The notes beneath the pieces were generated by a model that did not search any database, was not told the DNA's origin, and was given only the letters and a program-made list of their open reading frames with translations. 64,000 nucleotides of DNA from a virus. Lineage: Duplodnaviria > Heunggongvirae > Uroviricota > Caudoviricetes. Positions 1 through 9,139 of the stretch are shown here, in pieces (the stretch's first letter is position 1; each line of letters starts with the position of its first letter). Location: the IMG/VR virus record IMGVR_UViG_3300025693_000001. One strand, written 5' to 3'. The position numbers were made by a program, and so were the translations under genes.

Positions 1-12
1 AGAGAGAATACC

Positions 13-351
13 ATGTTTTATATTATGAATGCTTCAGCAATGACAGGTCCTAAAGCAATTACAGTAGAAGAAGTAATTGAACACATGGGAACCGATTGTA
101 CCATCATTGTAGGCAAAAGAGAAATATCTTATGGCAAATCATCAAAAGTATTTATTTATGGCTCAGGTCAAGGATATGATGTAAAGGTTGGTGAAGTAAC
201 AAGATATACTCAAGATACTGGTAATGGTTATAAGAACAAAGGATACTCACTTGAAATAGAAAACATCATAGAAATTGACAAAGATGGTAACATCACAGCT
301 CACAATGAAATAGATGTTGACAAAAAAAGAAGATTGTGGGTTATGAAATAA
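13..351 (+). CDS. hypothetical protein (probable early/terminal-region gene)
   Basis: 112-aa ORF preceded by AGAGAGAATA and followed by a strong terminator; A-rich, Arg codons are AGA. Confidence 0.75.
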   Translation: MFYIMNASAMTGPKAITVEEVIEHMGTDCTIIVGKREISYGKSSKVFIYGSGQGYDVKVGEVTRYTQDTGNGYKNKGYSLEIENIIEIDKDGNITAHNEIDVDKKRRLWVMK

Positions 352-369
352 TATCAAGTAATAGTTGAC

Positions 370-402
370 AGAGAGGTGGATATGGTATCCACCTCTCTTT
401 TT
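370..402 (+). terminator. Rho-independent terminator
   Basis: 13-bp stem AGAGAGGTGGATA/TATCCACCTCTCT, 3-nt loop, T-tract. Confidence 0.85.
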
Positions 403-473
403 GTTTGTTATATCAGTATAGTCTAATATTATAATATTCGAATATTCGAATAACATTATACTAATATTAATAG

Positions 474-501
474 TTGCCTTTTAATAATAATAATGTATAA
501 T
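474..501 (+). promoter_or_regulatory. sigma70-like promoter for ORF 551
   Basis: TTGCCT-N16-TATAAT in an AT-rich context. Confidence 0.55.
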
Positions 502-550
502 ATATTTTGTGGTAGGGAATTAACTCAACCACATACACAGAGAGAATAAA

Positions 551-799
551 ATGGCTAAGCTAAGAATCAAATCAGGTGACAAAGTACATGGTTGTCTAAG
601 ACTTAAAGATGATACATTTGTTGACTTAGTAGGTCAAACAGTAGATGAGTTACCAGCAAGTGTGTTCATTAAGAAGATCATTGACTATGGTACACATGAG
701 TTAGGTAAAGATGCTAACATCTTTATACAAAGAGGTAAAGAAGAACACATACTCGATACACTCAAGCAAGTCAAGCAGTACTTTAGAAACAATAAGTAA
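551..799 (+). CDS. hypothetical protein
   Basis: 82-aa ORF with the same AGAGAATA leader as ORF 13, plus its own promoter and terminator. Confidence 0.75.
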   Translation: MAKLRIKSGDKVHGCLRLKDDTFVDLVGQTVDELPASVFIKKIIDYGTHELGKDANIFIQRGKEEHILDTLKQVKQYFRNNK

Positions 800-823
800 C
801 CAACCTACCACATAACCTTACAG

Positions 824-855
824 AGGTCAACGATCAATACAATCGTTGACCTTTT
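824..855 (+). terminator. Rho-independent terminator
   Basis: AGGTCAACGAT/ATCGTTGACCT stem followed by TTT. Confidence 0.75.
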
Positions 856-1124
856 CTTATTGAGGTGGTAGGGTCACCCAAGCTCATCAGTGCATCAGCA
901 TATTCGAATAGAAGAACATTCGGATGTACTAATAAACATTTGCCTGTTGACCTGGTTTGAAAAAAGGTGGAAAATACAGGGCCGAGGCCCCTAAAAACAG
1001 CCCCATGGTTTTCTATACTTCTATGAGTACGTTTCATGGTCCCTACAAAAAAATAGTTAAGGACCTTTTTCCCCTTGGTCAAAAAATTTTTATATAATTT
1101 TTTCCACATCTGTAAAGCTTTTCC

Positions 1125-1169
1125 ATCATTCCGAATCATAAACCATCATGCGGTATCATTCCGAATCAT
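1125..1169. repeat. 15-bp direct repeat ATCATTCCGAATCAT, 30-bp period
   Basis: exact copies at 1125-1139 and 1155-1169 in a non-coding A/T-tract region. Confidence 0.8.
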
Positions 1170-1224
1170 TTTCTAAACGTGTTGTAATAATCCGCGCGGC
1201 TTAAAAAAATTTCTACCAAAATTT

Positions 1225-1725
1225 TCATATATCAAAAGCGTTTTGTTTAGCGAGGTTGATGGATGCTGGAATAACGCTGAGGTTTGTTTCTACGTGAAGT
1301 CCCGATACCAATGCAGGGTGAATTGGTATAACGTGGTCAACGTGAAATTTGATGCCGGTACATTCCGATAACCGTATTGCCTGCTTATACAAAGAAAGAA
1401 TATAATCATGGTTTGCCCACCTTACTGTCCGGTATTTCTTGGCAGCTCTTCTTTTTGCGCGAGCTGCTGCCCGTGTTTCAGGGTGTTTATCATTATGACG
1501 TTTTGTGGCGTTGCGGAAATATTCTTTATTGTTTTTATAGTATTCGGCTGCGCGTGCCTTTGAATGTTGGCTACGTTGGTATGATCGTGTATATATGGTG
1601 GTGCATTGATAGCACCGTGCAGAGCGAACTATTCGTTTACTGTCGTGACCGTGCTTGCAAGGTTTTCCAGTATAGTAGTATTTTAGTGATTGTTCTTTCG
1701 CTTCCCTGCGCGATATTAGTTTCAT
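1225..1725 (-). CDS. HNH homing endonuclease
   Basis: start reassigned to MKLISRREAK; N-terminal CKHGH..CxxC; C-terminal HVDHVIP..VSGLHVETNL..N. Confidence 0.85.
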   Translation of the reverse strand: MKLISRREAKEQSLKYYYTGKPCKHGHDSKRIVRSARCYQCTTIYTRSYQRSQHSKARAAEYYKNNKEYFRNATKRHNDKHPETRAAARAKRRAAKKYRTVRWANHDYILSLYKQAIRLSECTGIKFHVDHVIPIHPALVSGLHVETNLSVIPASINLAKQNAFDI

Positions 1726-1929
1726 TGTTTTGTATTGTGTGTACGGAGGGCTTTTGATGTATATTTTTGTTATGATGTGAAGAGCTTTTGCGAGATCATT
1801 TTTTGGTGTTATAAAAAATTTTCTCCCTCCCGTATGTGGGAGGAAGGTTAAAAAAAATTCTAACGGTTTTAATTGGTTGAATTGGGCCACCCTGTGCAAG
1901 CGAATGGCCCTGTCCGTTTATTATTCGAT

Positions 1930-2778
1930 CTATGCTACCTTACGTGCAACGCCTTGGTTGGAGACGATATGTGTTATGTTGTTATTGCATTGGTTGTTTA
2001 TGTACTTTGTGATGAAGTCGGATTGTGTTTTGTTTAGGTTTTCGATTAAGTGGCTAAACTCACGGGGTGATACCATATCGTGAATATATGTAGCCAATTG
2101 TTTTGCGTTATTGGATGTGAAAGTATTTGCCACACGGTGGGTGTCACCATTGCATTCAATGAAGATACCGTTATTCACGAACCGAAGGGATACCTGTTTA
2201 TTGTTCACCAGCATAGATCCTTGTCCGGATTCAACCTGGTTACCTGTTCCATCACCGATGGCAATATTAGTTATACTTGCATCAGCGTTACCGTTGGAGT
2301 TCAAATATTCGGCAACGTCACACATGGTGTTATTGAGCATTTCGAATGTCAACGAATCTGGTGTGAAATTTTGATGGTGACTTTTAGTTTTTGTTTTTGT
2401 TGGTTGTGGTATACGTGACGGTATAAAGTTTGTAGGTGATGATGTTGGAGTCAATGCACCGAAAGCTCTGGCGGAGAAGTCTTTTACGCCTTGCGACTTA
2501 ACTTTTGATCGTTTTTTACCAGGTGTACCGGTAATGATTTCTGATAATGACGGAAATACGTTTCGTCGTTGTACAGCTTGTGATCTTGTGTATCCCTTCC
2601 ATGTGTCAACGGTGAAGCTCATACATTCTGGAGTATGTCGTGTACATGCTAGGGATGCGTTATTTAGTGAGAGGATGCGGGCTGTACGATTATCAACACG
2701 AATGTCTGCTGCTGGAAATTTACCGTTGCTCTCTACGTGGATGATTGTTGTATTGCTTAGGAATTTCGAAAGACTCAT
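1930..2778 (-). CDS. hypothetical protein
   Basis: 282-aa ORF; upstream TTGATC-N17-TATAAT; shares a motif with ORF 7569. Confidence 0.75.
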   Translation of the reverse strand: MSLSKFLSNTTIIHVESNGKFPAADIRVDNRTARILSLNNASLACTRHTPECMSFTVDTWKGYTRSQAVQRRNVFPSLSEIITGTPGKKRSKVKSQGVKDFSARAFGALTPTSSPTNFIPSRIPQPTKTKTKSHHQNFTPDSLTFEMLNNTMCDVAEYLNSNGNADASITNIAIGDGTGNQVESGQGSMLVNNKQVSLRFVNNGIFIECNGDTHRVANTFTSNNAKQLATYIHDMVSPREFSHLIENLNKTQSDFITKYINNQCNNNITHIVSNQGVARKVA

Positions 2779-2838
2779 ATAATTATTGTGGGTTTTGAAT
2801 TAATAGAAACATTATTATACTAAACAATACAATATAGA

Positions 2839-3147
2839 TCAACTTGGTAATTTGATAGCATCATTGACGTGGTGGATGTATCGGAGGCCATCAACTTTAT
2901 TGATATCGGATGTTAGTACGGAGCACATTGGAGTATCAAGAAGGTGACCACCATCTATATTTGCCCAGTGTCCACCGAAGAAGTAATCGTATCCAGATAT
3001 TGTTTCGCATATTGCGCTGACGGTGAAGACATTGCACATATCCAAGCAATCGGTGCAAGGTGATTCATCGTTGCACTGATTGTTATCGGAGCAGTATGAT
3101 GCTTTGAGTACGAACCTATCGCCAACTTCGAACATTTTGTATGTCAT
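2839..3147 (-). CDS. hypothetical Cys-rich protein
   Basis: CSDNNQC..PCTDCLDMC cluster; AGGA RBS. Confidence 0.7.
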   Translation of the reverse strand: MTYKMFEVGDRFVLKASYCSDNNQCNDESPCTDCLDMCNVFTVSAICETISGYDYFFGGHWANIDGGHLLDTPMCSVLTSDINKVDGLRYIHHVNDAIKLPS

Positions 3148-3151
3148 GTTG

Positions 3152-3379
3152 TTATCCTGGTACTATTTTATCTGGCCACCAATTGTGTTCCATGTACACA
3201 CCTTTTTGTATATAGAATTTGGACAATCCGCCAAGCCAAGTGCTTTGTTTTGGTGTTATGCCGTCTTTTTGTAATATATTAGTCACGAATGATATTTCAA
3301 AGTTTTTCATTGAGTGTTTAGTTAGAAGTATATTGCACACATCCACTACTTCTGGTACCATAGGGAGCCACACAGTCAT
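3152..3379 (-). CDS. hypothetical protein
   Basis: ATGA overlap with the upstream gene; GAGG RBS. Confidence 0.65.
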   Translation of the reverse strand: MTVWLPMVPEVVDVCNILLTKHSMKNFEISFVTNILQKDGITPKQSTWLGGLSKFYIQKGVYMEHNWWPDKIVPG

Positions 3380-4266
3380 TGTGTTACCTCTTGTTGTAAG
3401 TTTTCAATTAATTCGAACGTGCAATTGCCGATAGATTTCAGTTGGCCATTTGGGTAGAAATTTGTTGAAGTAATGTGTACCCGACCATTATGGTCATTGT
3501 ATTTGATTGCGTTACCGACGTGGTCGTATTCTTTAGTCCACCATTCTCCATCGGAGTCATTGAATTTGGTTGTGTCCCCGTTTGAGTTGTATTCTTTAGT
3601 CCACCAGTCTCCATTGGAATCATCGTGTTTGATTTTGTTGTTATTTGAGTCGTATTCGGTTGTGGACCATGAGCCGGAGGTTGATACATATTTCGTTATA
3701 TTGCCATTTGAGTCGTATTCGCTATCCCATCCCCAACCGTCAGATGTTCGGTATTTGGTGATATTGCCATTAGAGTCGTATTCTTTGGTCCACTGGTGTT
3801 TGTCAGAGTCTGTGAATTTGATTGCGTTCCCATTTGAGTCGTATTCTTTGGTCCATTGGTATCCGCGTTCATTATGAAGTTTGATTGGGTTATTGCCATC
3901 ATACTCTGTTATCTGTAGCGCACCCATGTAGTCTTCGTGTTTGATTAAGTTACCATCGGTGTTATATTCATTGGTCCACCAACATCCGTCACGATCGTTG
4001 TGTTTTGTGATATTGCCCTTGTCGTCATATTCACGAGACCACCAATCACCATCACCACCAACATCTTCACACCTTGTTACATTACCATTGGAGTCTTTTG
4101 ATATTGTTAGTTTTTGTTTGAGTAATACCCACGCAACAAACTCTTCGTAATCGCCGTTGATGTCTTTAATTTTATCGAGTGGGTATCCGATTAACTTATT
4201 TCTAATCGCGAAGTTGATTCCGTTTTTGCAGGCAATTCTGTCTTTAAGCCATTGTTCTGTTAGCAT
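3376..4266 (-). CDS. YD-repeat (RHS-like beta-hairpin repeat) protein
   Basis: about 9 copies of a 21-aa repeat WxxEYDxNGNxxKxxDSxG. Confidence 0.85.
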   Translation of the reverse strand: MLTEQWLKDRIACKNGINFAIRNKLIGYPLDKIKDINGDYEEFVAWVLLKQKLTISKDSNGNVTRCEDVGGDGDWWSREYDDKGNITKHNDRDGCWWTNEYNTDGNLIKHEDYMGALQITEYDGNNPIKLHNERGYQWTKEYDSNGNAIKFTDSDKHQWTKEYDSNGNITKYRTSDGWGWDSEYDSNGNITKYVSTSGSWSTTEYDSNNNKIKHDDSNGDWWTKEYNSNGDTTKFNDSDGEWWTKEYDHVGNAIKYNDHNGRVHITSTNFYPNGQLKSIGNCTFELIENLQQEVTQ

Positions 4267-4291
4267 TTGTTATCCTATCATTTTGGTGGAG

Positions 4292-5107
4292 TCATTGTTG
4301 CATAGTTGCAATCAATTCGAAAGTGCAATCGCCAATAGATTTCAGTTGGCCATTTGGGTAGAAAGTTGTTGGGCGGTGGTTGATGTCTTCATCAAACGAG
4401 TCTACGTATTTTGTGAGATTACCGCTTTGGTCGTATTCCCTTACCCAACGCGATCCATCCGAATCGTTATATTCGGTTTCGTTGCCAGCGGCATTATATT
4501 TGTGAGTTGACCATGAGCCATCAGAGTTATCTTGTTTTGTGATGTTGCCGGTTGCGTCGTATTCCATCACCGCTTGGTATCCAGATGCCATTACCCGTTC
4601 GATTTGGTTATTATATGAGTCGTAGACGGCGGTCCACCCATATCCATCTGATGTTGTGCGTTTGTGTATATTACCGTTTTGGTCATACTCACTGGTCCAC
4701 CAATATCCTGAAGAATCGTCGTATCTTATTACGTTACCGTTTTGGTCATAATCGTTGGTCCACCAATTTCCAGTTGAATCCATGCGTTTGATGACGTTAT
4801 TATTTGAATCGTATTCTTTTGTCCACATTAATCCATTTGAATCGTCGTGTTCGATTTGGTTATCGTTCGAGTCGTATACAGCGGTCCACCAATCACCATC
4901 CGGTTCTTCGTATTTGGTTATGTTGCCCGAAGAGTCTTTTGTTATTTTTGTATCGATGTTATCCAATACCCATTCAACGAAGTTTTGGTAATCCCCGTTG
5001 ATGTCTTTAATTTTATCAAGTGGGTATCCGATTAATCGGTTTTTAATCGCGAAGTCGATTCCTTCGGTGCACGCATTTCTGTCTGTAAGCCATTGTTCTG
5101 TTAACAT
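4292..5107 (-). CDS. YD-repeat protein, tandem paralog of 3376..4266
   Basis: start reassigned to MLTEQWL; about 8 repeats; near-identical N-cap and FYPNGQLKSIG C-cap. Confidence 0.85.
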   Translation of the reverse strand: MLTEQWLTDRNACTEGIDFAIKNRLIGYPLDKIKDINGDYQNFVEWVLDNIDTKITKDSSGNITKYEEPDGDWWTAVYDSNDNQIEHDDSNGLMWTKEYDSNNNVIKRMDSTGNWWTNDYDQNGNVIRYDDSSGYWWTSEYDQNGNIHKRTTSDGYGWTAVYDSYNNQIERVMASGYQAVMEYDATGNITKQDNSDGSWSTHKYNAAGNETEYNDSDGSRWVREYDQSGNLTKYVDSFDEDINHRPTTFYPNGQLKSIGDCTFELIATMQQ

Positions 5108-5123
5108 TTGTATTTCCTGTTTG

Positions 5124-5372
5124 TTAGTATTGGTAGATGCCCCATTCAACATTAACCACATTTGGTTGATTGACATCTACGGTATTGACGTTGAATGTTT
5201 CGGCTTCGGGTTTGTTGTTGAAATATGCGCGATGAAGCATGCCCCCATATTCGAAGCTAGTGTACCATACTGGTCGTTTTAATTCGCATATATTGGTCAA
5301 GCCGTGTTCAGTTGTAATCGCACCAATTAGTGCTGGTGTTCCTGGATATGAAACTTTTGTAGTTTTGTTCAT
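5124..5372 (-). CDS. hypothetical protein
   Basis: likely start MNKTTK; promoter TTGTCT-N17-TATAAT at 5437-5409. Confidence 0.6.
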   Translation of the reverse strand: MNKTTKVSYPGTPALIGAITTEHGLTNICELKRPVWYTSFEYGGMLHRAYFNNKPEAETFNVNTVDVNQPNVVNVEWGIYQY

Positions 5373-5445
5373 GTGTTGTAATATGTAGTCCAATATATAA
5401 AGACCCCAATTATACATCATTACATCATGGTAGACAACGACCAAG

Positions 5446-5453
5446 TATAAATA
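5446..5453 (+). promoter_or_regulatory. T4-type late promoter TATAAATA
   Basis: exact T4 late box about 30 nt upstream of ORF 5483. Confidence 0.65.
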
Positions 5454-5482
5454 CATATCACACAATTACAAAGGAGAAGAAC

Positions 5483-5728
5483 ATGTTAGTTAAAGATTTA
5501 TTTGAAGCGGATCATTTGGATAGAAAGAAACCATTCACCAACGCAGAATTCAAAGCATTAAAGCGAAATGCCGATGGGGATATTGTTGATATGTCCACCG
5601 CATTTATTTGGATGACCAAAGGTCAAATTGCACAATTGAGTGATGATGATTCGAGTCGTTACCATGAGCACCAAGAAGAGTCAGCGTATGATGTAGCACA
5701 AGCACGAAAAGAATTCGGTTACACATAG
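5483..5728 (+). CDS. hypothetical late protein
   Basis: AAGGAG RBS, late box upstream, terminator downstream. Confidence 0.8.
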   Translation: MLVKDLFEADHLDRKKPFTNAEFKALKRNADGDIVDMSTAFIWMTKGQIAQLSDDDSSRYHEHQEESAYDVAQARKEFGYT

Positions 5729-5735
5729 TACAACG

Positions 5736-5773
5736 AAAGCCCCGATGCAGGTAATACTGGTTGGGGCTTTTTT
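5736..5773. terminator. terminator between convergent genes
   Basis: AAAGCCCC...GGGGCTTT followed by TTT. Confidence 0.75.
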
Positions 5774-5780
5774 GTGTCTG

Positions 5781-5981
5781 CTATTTGCGTATTATAAATC
5801 GTATCGCATTAATGATAGAGGTTACGATGATTATCAATACCAGAGTGGGGGTGCCCAAAACATAATCAACTATGCGGTCCCACGTAGTCATCCGTTTATG
5901 CTTAACTCCTAAGTTGGCTATTATGTACCAGATGCTAACTATTAGCCACACCACTAAGAAAATTATTATATTTGTTATCAT
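5781..5981 (-). CDS. small membrane protein (2 TM)
   Basis: two hydrophobic stretches. Confidence 0.65.
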   Translation of the reverse strand: MITNIIIFLVVWLIVSIWYIIANLGVKHKRMTTWDRIVDYVLGTPTLVLIIIVTSIINAIRFIIRK

Positions 5982-5986
5982 GTTTG

Positions 5987-6322
5987 TTATAATCGTTGGA
6001 TGTTAATGATTTCTTGTTGCAACCATATGATGTATTGTTGGGATGCATAATTATATGCATTTGTGTGGTCTTTAAACGCTTTGAATTTGATATTGTGGTC
6101 AGGGAAGTGCACATACCACAGATGTGGTTTTGATGATACATTTTGACCACTATCGTTGTCAAACCAGAAAGTATCATCACCTTTTCTAATATCACACGGG
6201 ATTGGTGTGTTTAATGTTAGGTGGGTACCGTCGGTTGGATACCCAGTGGAATGAGACAAGAACACAAACTCATTTTCGAATGGTATGGATCTCAATTCAT
6301 CAGCCATCTCGTTTATCACCAC
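5987..6322 (-). CDS. hypothetical protein
   Basis: ORF in a tightly packed minus-strand run; start may be 6307. Confidence 0.6.
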   Translation of the reverse strand: MVINEMADELRSIPFENEFVFLSHSTGYPTDGTHLTLNTPIPCDIRKGDDTFWFDNDSGQNVSSKPHLWYVHFPDHNIKFKAFKDHTNAYNYASQQYIIWLQQEIINIQRL

Positions 6323-6500
6323 GAGGATCTAGTTGTCCTTCCGTACCAAATATATCATTGTCGGTCATAGTATCCAGCATGTTATTCAAGTGGTGCTCGA
6401 ATGGTTCTGCTAGATCCGGATTGTTGTGTATCGCTGCCCGAATATTAATCAATATCTGATCAGTTCGTGTTCGTTGGATATCTTCTGCGAATTGTGACAT
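6300..6500 (-). CDS. hypothetical protein
   Basis: TAATG coupling to sspB. Confidence 0.65.
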   Translation of the reverse strand: MSQFAEDIQRTRTDQILINIRAAIHNNPDLAEPFEHHLNNMLDTMTDNDIFGTEGQLDPRGDKRDG

Positions 6501-6877
6501 TATTTAACCACCGTTAGCTTAGGTTTCTTTGGAGCTGGTTTTTTCTCAGGTGGGGGGTCCATCTCTCCGTTTTCTGGGGTAAACACCATACCTTGTCCTG
6601 TTTCTTTTGCGTACACAGATTTTACGGCATCTATTGGTACGTATATGTCATATGGTTCTCCAGAGAATCTAGCCGAAAATGAAACAGCTTCGTCATCTAT
6701 TACCCAATGTTCAATAGCGGACGGACTGATATCAAGTATTATGTGCCCATCCTTAATAAGGTGCTCTGGTACCGCAACCGCATCTACTGTGGTGTTCACC
6801 AGCAGGTATGGAGTCTTTTCGTTTTTACAAATCCAAGCTAAAAGCGCGGTTATTAAATGAGGTGCGATTGGTGTCAT
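6500..6877 (-). CDS. sspB: stringent starvation protein B (ClpXP adaptor)
   Basis: W..N..TPYLLV..DG.I.L.I...A......FSARFSG.P..YVP..AV..YA.E.GQGM.F; C-terminal ClpX-binding-like tail KPKLTVVK. Confidence 0.92.
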   Translation of the reverse strand: MTPIAPHLITALLAWICKNEKTPYLLVNTTVDAVAVPEHLIKDGHIILDISPSAIEHWVIDDEAVSFSARFSGEPYDIYVPIDAVKSVYAKETGQGMVFTPENGEMDPPPEKKPAPKKPKLTVVK

Positions 6878-6899
6878 GTTAAGTCTCCATCTGTACGTA

Positions 6900-7298
6900 T
6901 TAATTGCAAGTGATATTACCCATGCCAGTTTTGGCGTTACCAGCTACGCTGGTTGCTTGTATGTTGCCCTGGCCTGTTTTCACATCACCGGTGACATTGT
7001 TGCACTGTACATCGCCTTGTCCTGTTTTCACATCACCGGTGACATCACGACACGTTAGGTCACCCTGTCCGATTTTCAATTGTTCAACATCACCATGTAT
7101 CTCGATGTTCAGTTCGGGGAGTTTACTAATGTTCAATACGGTATCGCGTACTCCGGTAATATGGAGTGTTTGACCGTCGTTTGATATGTGTATCGAGTCA
7201 CCGGTGTAGTCGACACCATTCACGGATACCGTTGATAGCGATTGCAATTTAGCTAATAGTGGCTGCATAAGAAAGTTCCATATATTGCGGTAATTCAT
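6900..7298 (-). CDS. beta-strand repeat protein (DUF4097-like)
   Basis: 16-aa repeats VTGDVKTGQG(D/N)VxC. Confidence 0.7.
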   Translation of the reverse strand: MNYRNIWNFLMQPLLAKLQSLSTVSVNGVDYTGDSIHISNDGQTLHITGVRDTVLNISKLPELNIEIHGDVEQLKIGQGDLTCRDVTGDVKTGQGDVQCNNVTGDVKTGQGNIQATSVAGNAKTGMGNITCN

Positions 7299-7567
7299 TA
7301 CAGAGTGCTACGCACTTCCATAAGGCGGTCATACAATGTAGTCATCGTTTGTTTATCGTCAATGTTTAATTCTATTGACATCGCGCGACCAACAGCAATA
7401 CGTGTTTGTTCGAATTCCGCGTTAGTGAATTCGAGTTCGTATGTTTCTTGGAAAGTTTCAACGTCCAACTTCTGCAATATCGTGTGTTTCGTTAATTCCA
7501 GATGTGGTTGGTTGTCTACGGCAGTGTAGGCAAGTTGAATGTCGTCGATTGATAGATTTAGTTTCAT
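7298..7567 (-). CDS. hypothetical protein
   Basis: operonic ORF, TAATG coupling. Confidence 0.65.
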   Translation of the reverse strand: MKLNLSIDDIQLAYTAVDNQPHLELTKHTILQKLDVETFQETYELEFTNAEFEQTRIAVGRAMSIELNIDDKQTMTTLYDRLMEVRSTL

Positions 7568-7568
7568 A

Positions 7569-8330
7569 TTATATCCATAAAGTTATTGTGGCTAACACAG
7601 CTAGCAATGTTATAGCTATTGCCACCATGTGATGTTTTGGTTTCTTTGGTGTTTGTGGAATTAAATCAGACATTTTGTCATCAAATTCCGCGAGTACATC
7701 GTCGAGTGTTCTTTCGTGAATCAACGGTTGTATTGTTGGTTTAGGTATCACCGTAGGATACGTGAATTTATCATCTTCGTCAACTGGTGATTTGTCATCC
7801 GGTATACGAATATTAACATCTTCGGAATTGGCAATCGATGTGTGGCTGAATCTGAGGTTTACCGATGGTAAATCGAACACCGAGTTTGGTGGTGGCATTG
7901 AGCCTGTATTGAGCCCATGTTCCGCAATATCAACCCACGTTTGTTCCTTGTTTGGTTCGATGCTGTTACGATCAAACGCGGATCTAGTCCAATCGTTCGC
8001 ATGGTATGAGTCGCGAGGTCCTCTTGTTTTGCCGCGTTTACCAGTAACAATTTCGGTTAGAGTTTGATATGTTCCACCTGCAGCTAATATGTCTGTTGCT
8101 GCTTCTGCGTTAACGGACTTAATCCGTACAGTCTGATGATGTGTAGTGCGTTTCGCCCACGATAATTCAATTTGATGAACTTGTAAGTGGTGTGCGATAT
8201 CACGATCGACGAAGATGTATGAATTATTTTCGCTGATCGTGGATGTATCGTATTCGTTTTGATGTACATACACCCATTCGAATTTTGAATTAAACAACGG
8301 GTGTATTGAATCGTGGATGAGAGCTTTCAT
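7569..8330 (-). CDS. hypothetical C-terminally membrane-anchored protein
   Basis: start reassigned to MKALIHDS (AGGA RBS); hydrophobic C-terminus. Confidence 0.7.
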   Translation of the reverse strand: MKALIHDSIHPLFNSKFEWVYVHQNEYDTSTISENNSYIFVDRDIAHHLQVHQIELSWAKRTTHHQTVRIKSVNAEAATDILAAGGTYQTLTEIVTGKRGKTRGPRDSYHANDWTRSAFDRNSIEPNKEQTWVDIAEHGLNTGSMPPPNSVFDLPSVNLRFSHTSIANSEDVNIRIPDDKSPVDEDDKFTYPTVIPKPTIQPLIHERTLDDVLAEFDDKMSDLIPQTPKKPKHHMVAIAITLLAVLATITLWI

Positions 8331-8381
8331 ATTTGTTCCTGTATAATATACTACCAGTATACAGCAATCACACAATATACA

Positions 8382-8597
8382 CTACTGTGGATGTATCCGT
8401 GACGCACTGTTATATGCAAATAACCACAGTAGTATTGCTACACATATATGAGCATACATCAAGTTGGCGTATGGTACGTTTTCAGCTGTCAGTCGTATGT
8501 GGATGATGGCAAGCGTCGCGTTAAACGTACCCATCACCAACGAGAACACAAACCAAAATGGGTTGTGAATGATAACCGTTTCGGGAAAGTCTTTCAT
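8382..8597 (-). CDS. small membrane protein
   Basis: two hydrophobic segments; ATGA overlap. Confidence 0.6.
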   Translation of the reverse strand: MKDFPETVIIHNPFWFVFSLVMGTFNATLAIIHIRLTAENVPYANLMYAHICVAILLWLFAYNSASRIHPQ

Positions 8598-8857
8598 CGT
8601 AAACCATCTCCCGATCGTTTAATACGGTTTCGTTTAATGGTGGGGATTGTTAATGCTAGTCCACTGACAAATGCTACGAACGACAACAAAAACCCACTCA
8701 CCCAATTATCCGGTATATGAGTTGCTGTGCTGGTCATGTATGTCATTATGTATGCTAACAAAACACACATACTAAACAACACAACAAAAACACTACACCG
8801 AAAATGCGCCTTACGCTTCTCGCGAACAGACAAAGTATACCCACATACATCAATCAT
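8594..8857 (-). CDS. small membrane protein
   Basis: two hydrophobic segments; ATG overlaps the stop of 8854..9021. Confidence 0.6.
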   Translation of the reverse strand: MIDVCGYTLSVREKRKAHFRCSVFVVLFSMCVLLAYIMTYMTSTATHIPDNWVSGFLLSFVAFVSGLALTIPTIKRNRIKRSGDGLR

Positions 8858-9021
8858 TCCCACACTCCCATCTCTTTACAGTTTGTTATAAATTCCTGAG
8901 TCATTTGTTCTGTAGGTACTAGGTGTGCAGGAATTTCAGACACATCGTCGCCATCAACATCAGGGAAGTCCAACTGCTCTGCAGTGGTCCCCGTGATTGG
9001 TTTTTTAATGAATTGTAACAT
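8854..9021 (-). CDS. small acidic hypothetical protein (55 aa, absent from the ORF track)
   Basis: MLQFIKKP...EMGVWE; GGAG RBS; promoter TTGACT-N17-TATTAT upstream. Confidence 0.65.
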   Translation of the reverse strand: MLQFIKKPITGTTAEQLDFPDVDGDDVSEIPAHLVPTEQMTQEFITNCKEMGVWE

Positions 9022-9083
9022 TTGGTCTCTCCATTTCGTTATACGATGTAGATATAATACCGAAATAGGGTGAAGAAGTCAAC

Positions 9084-9120
9084 AATAAAAAAGCCGGTGT
9101 TTTAAGCCGGCTTTTTTATT
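9084..9120. terminator. bidirectional Rho-independent terminator
   Basis: AATAAAAAAGCCGG...CCGGCTTTTTTATT. Confidence 0.85.
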
Positions 9121-9139
9121 GTTAAAAGATGTTGCGGAT

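Noticed and set aside
834-1139. 101-aa minus-strand ORF
   Set aside because: It runs through A/T tracts, repeats and a terminator with no clear RBS; probably non-coding
3376-5107. 63-bp periodicity as a CRISPR array or DGR template/variable pair
   Set aside because: The repeats are degenerate, in-frame and protein-coding, with no unique spacers; there is no cas or reverse transcriptase gene in the window
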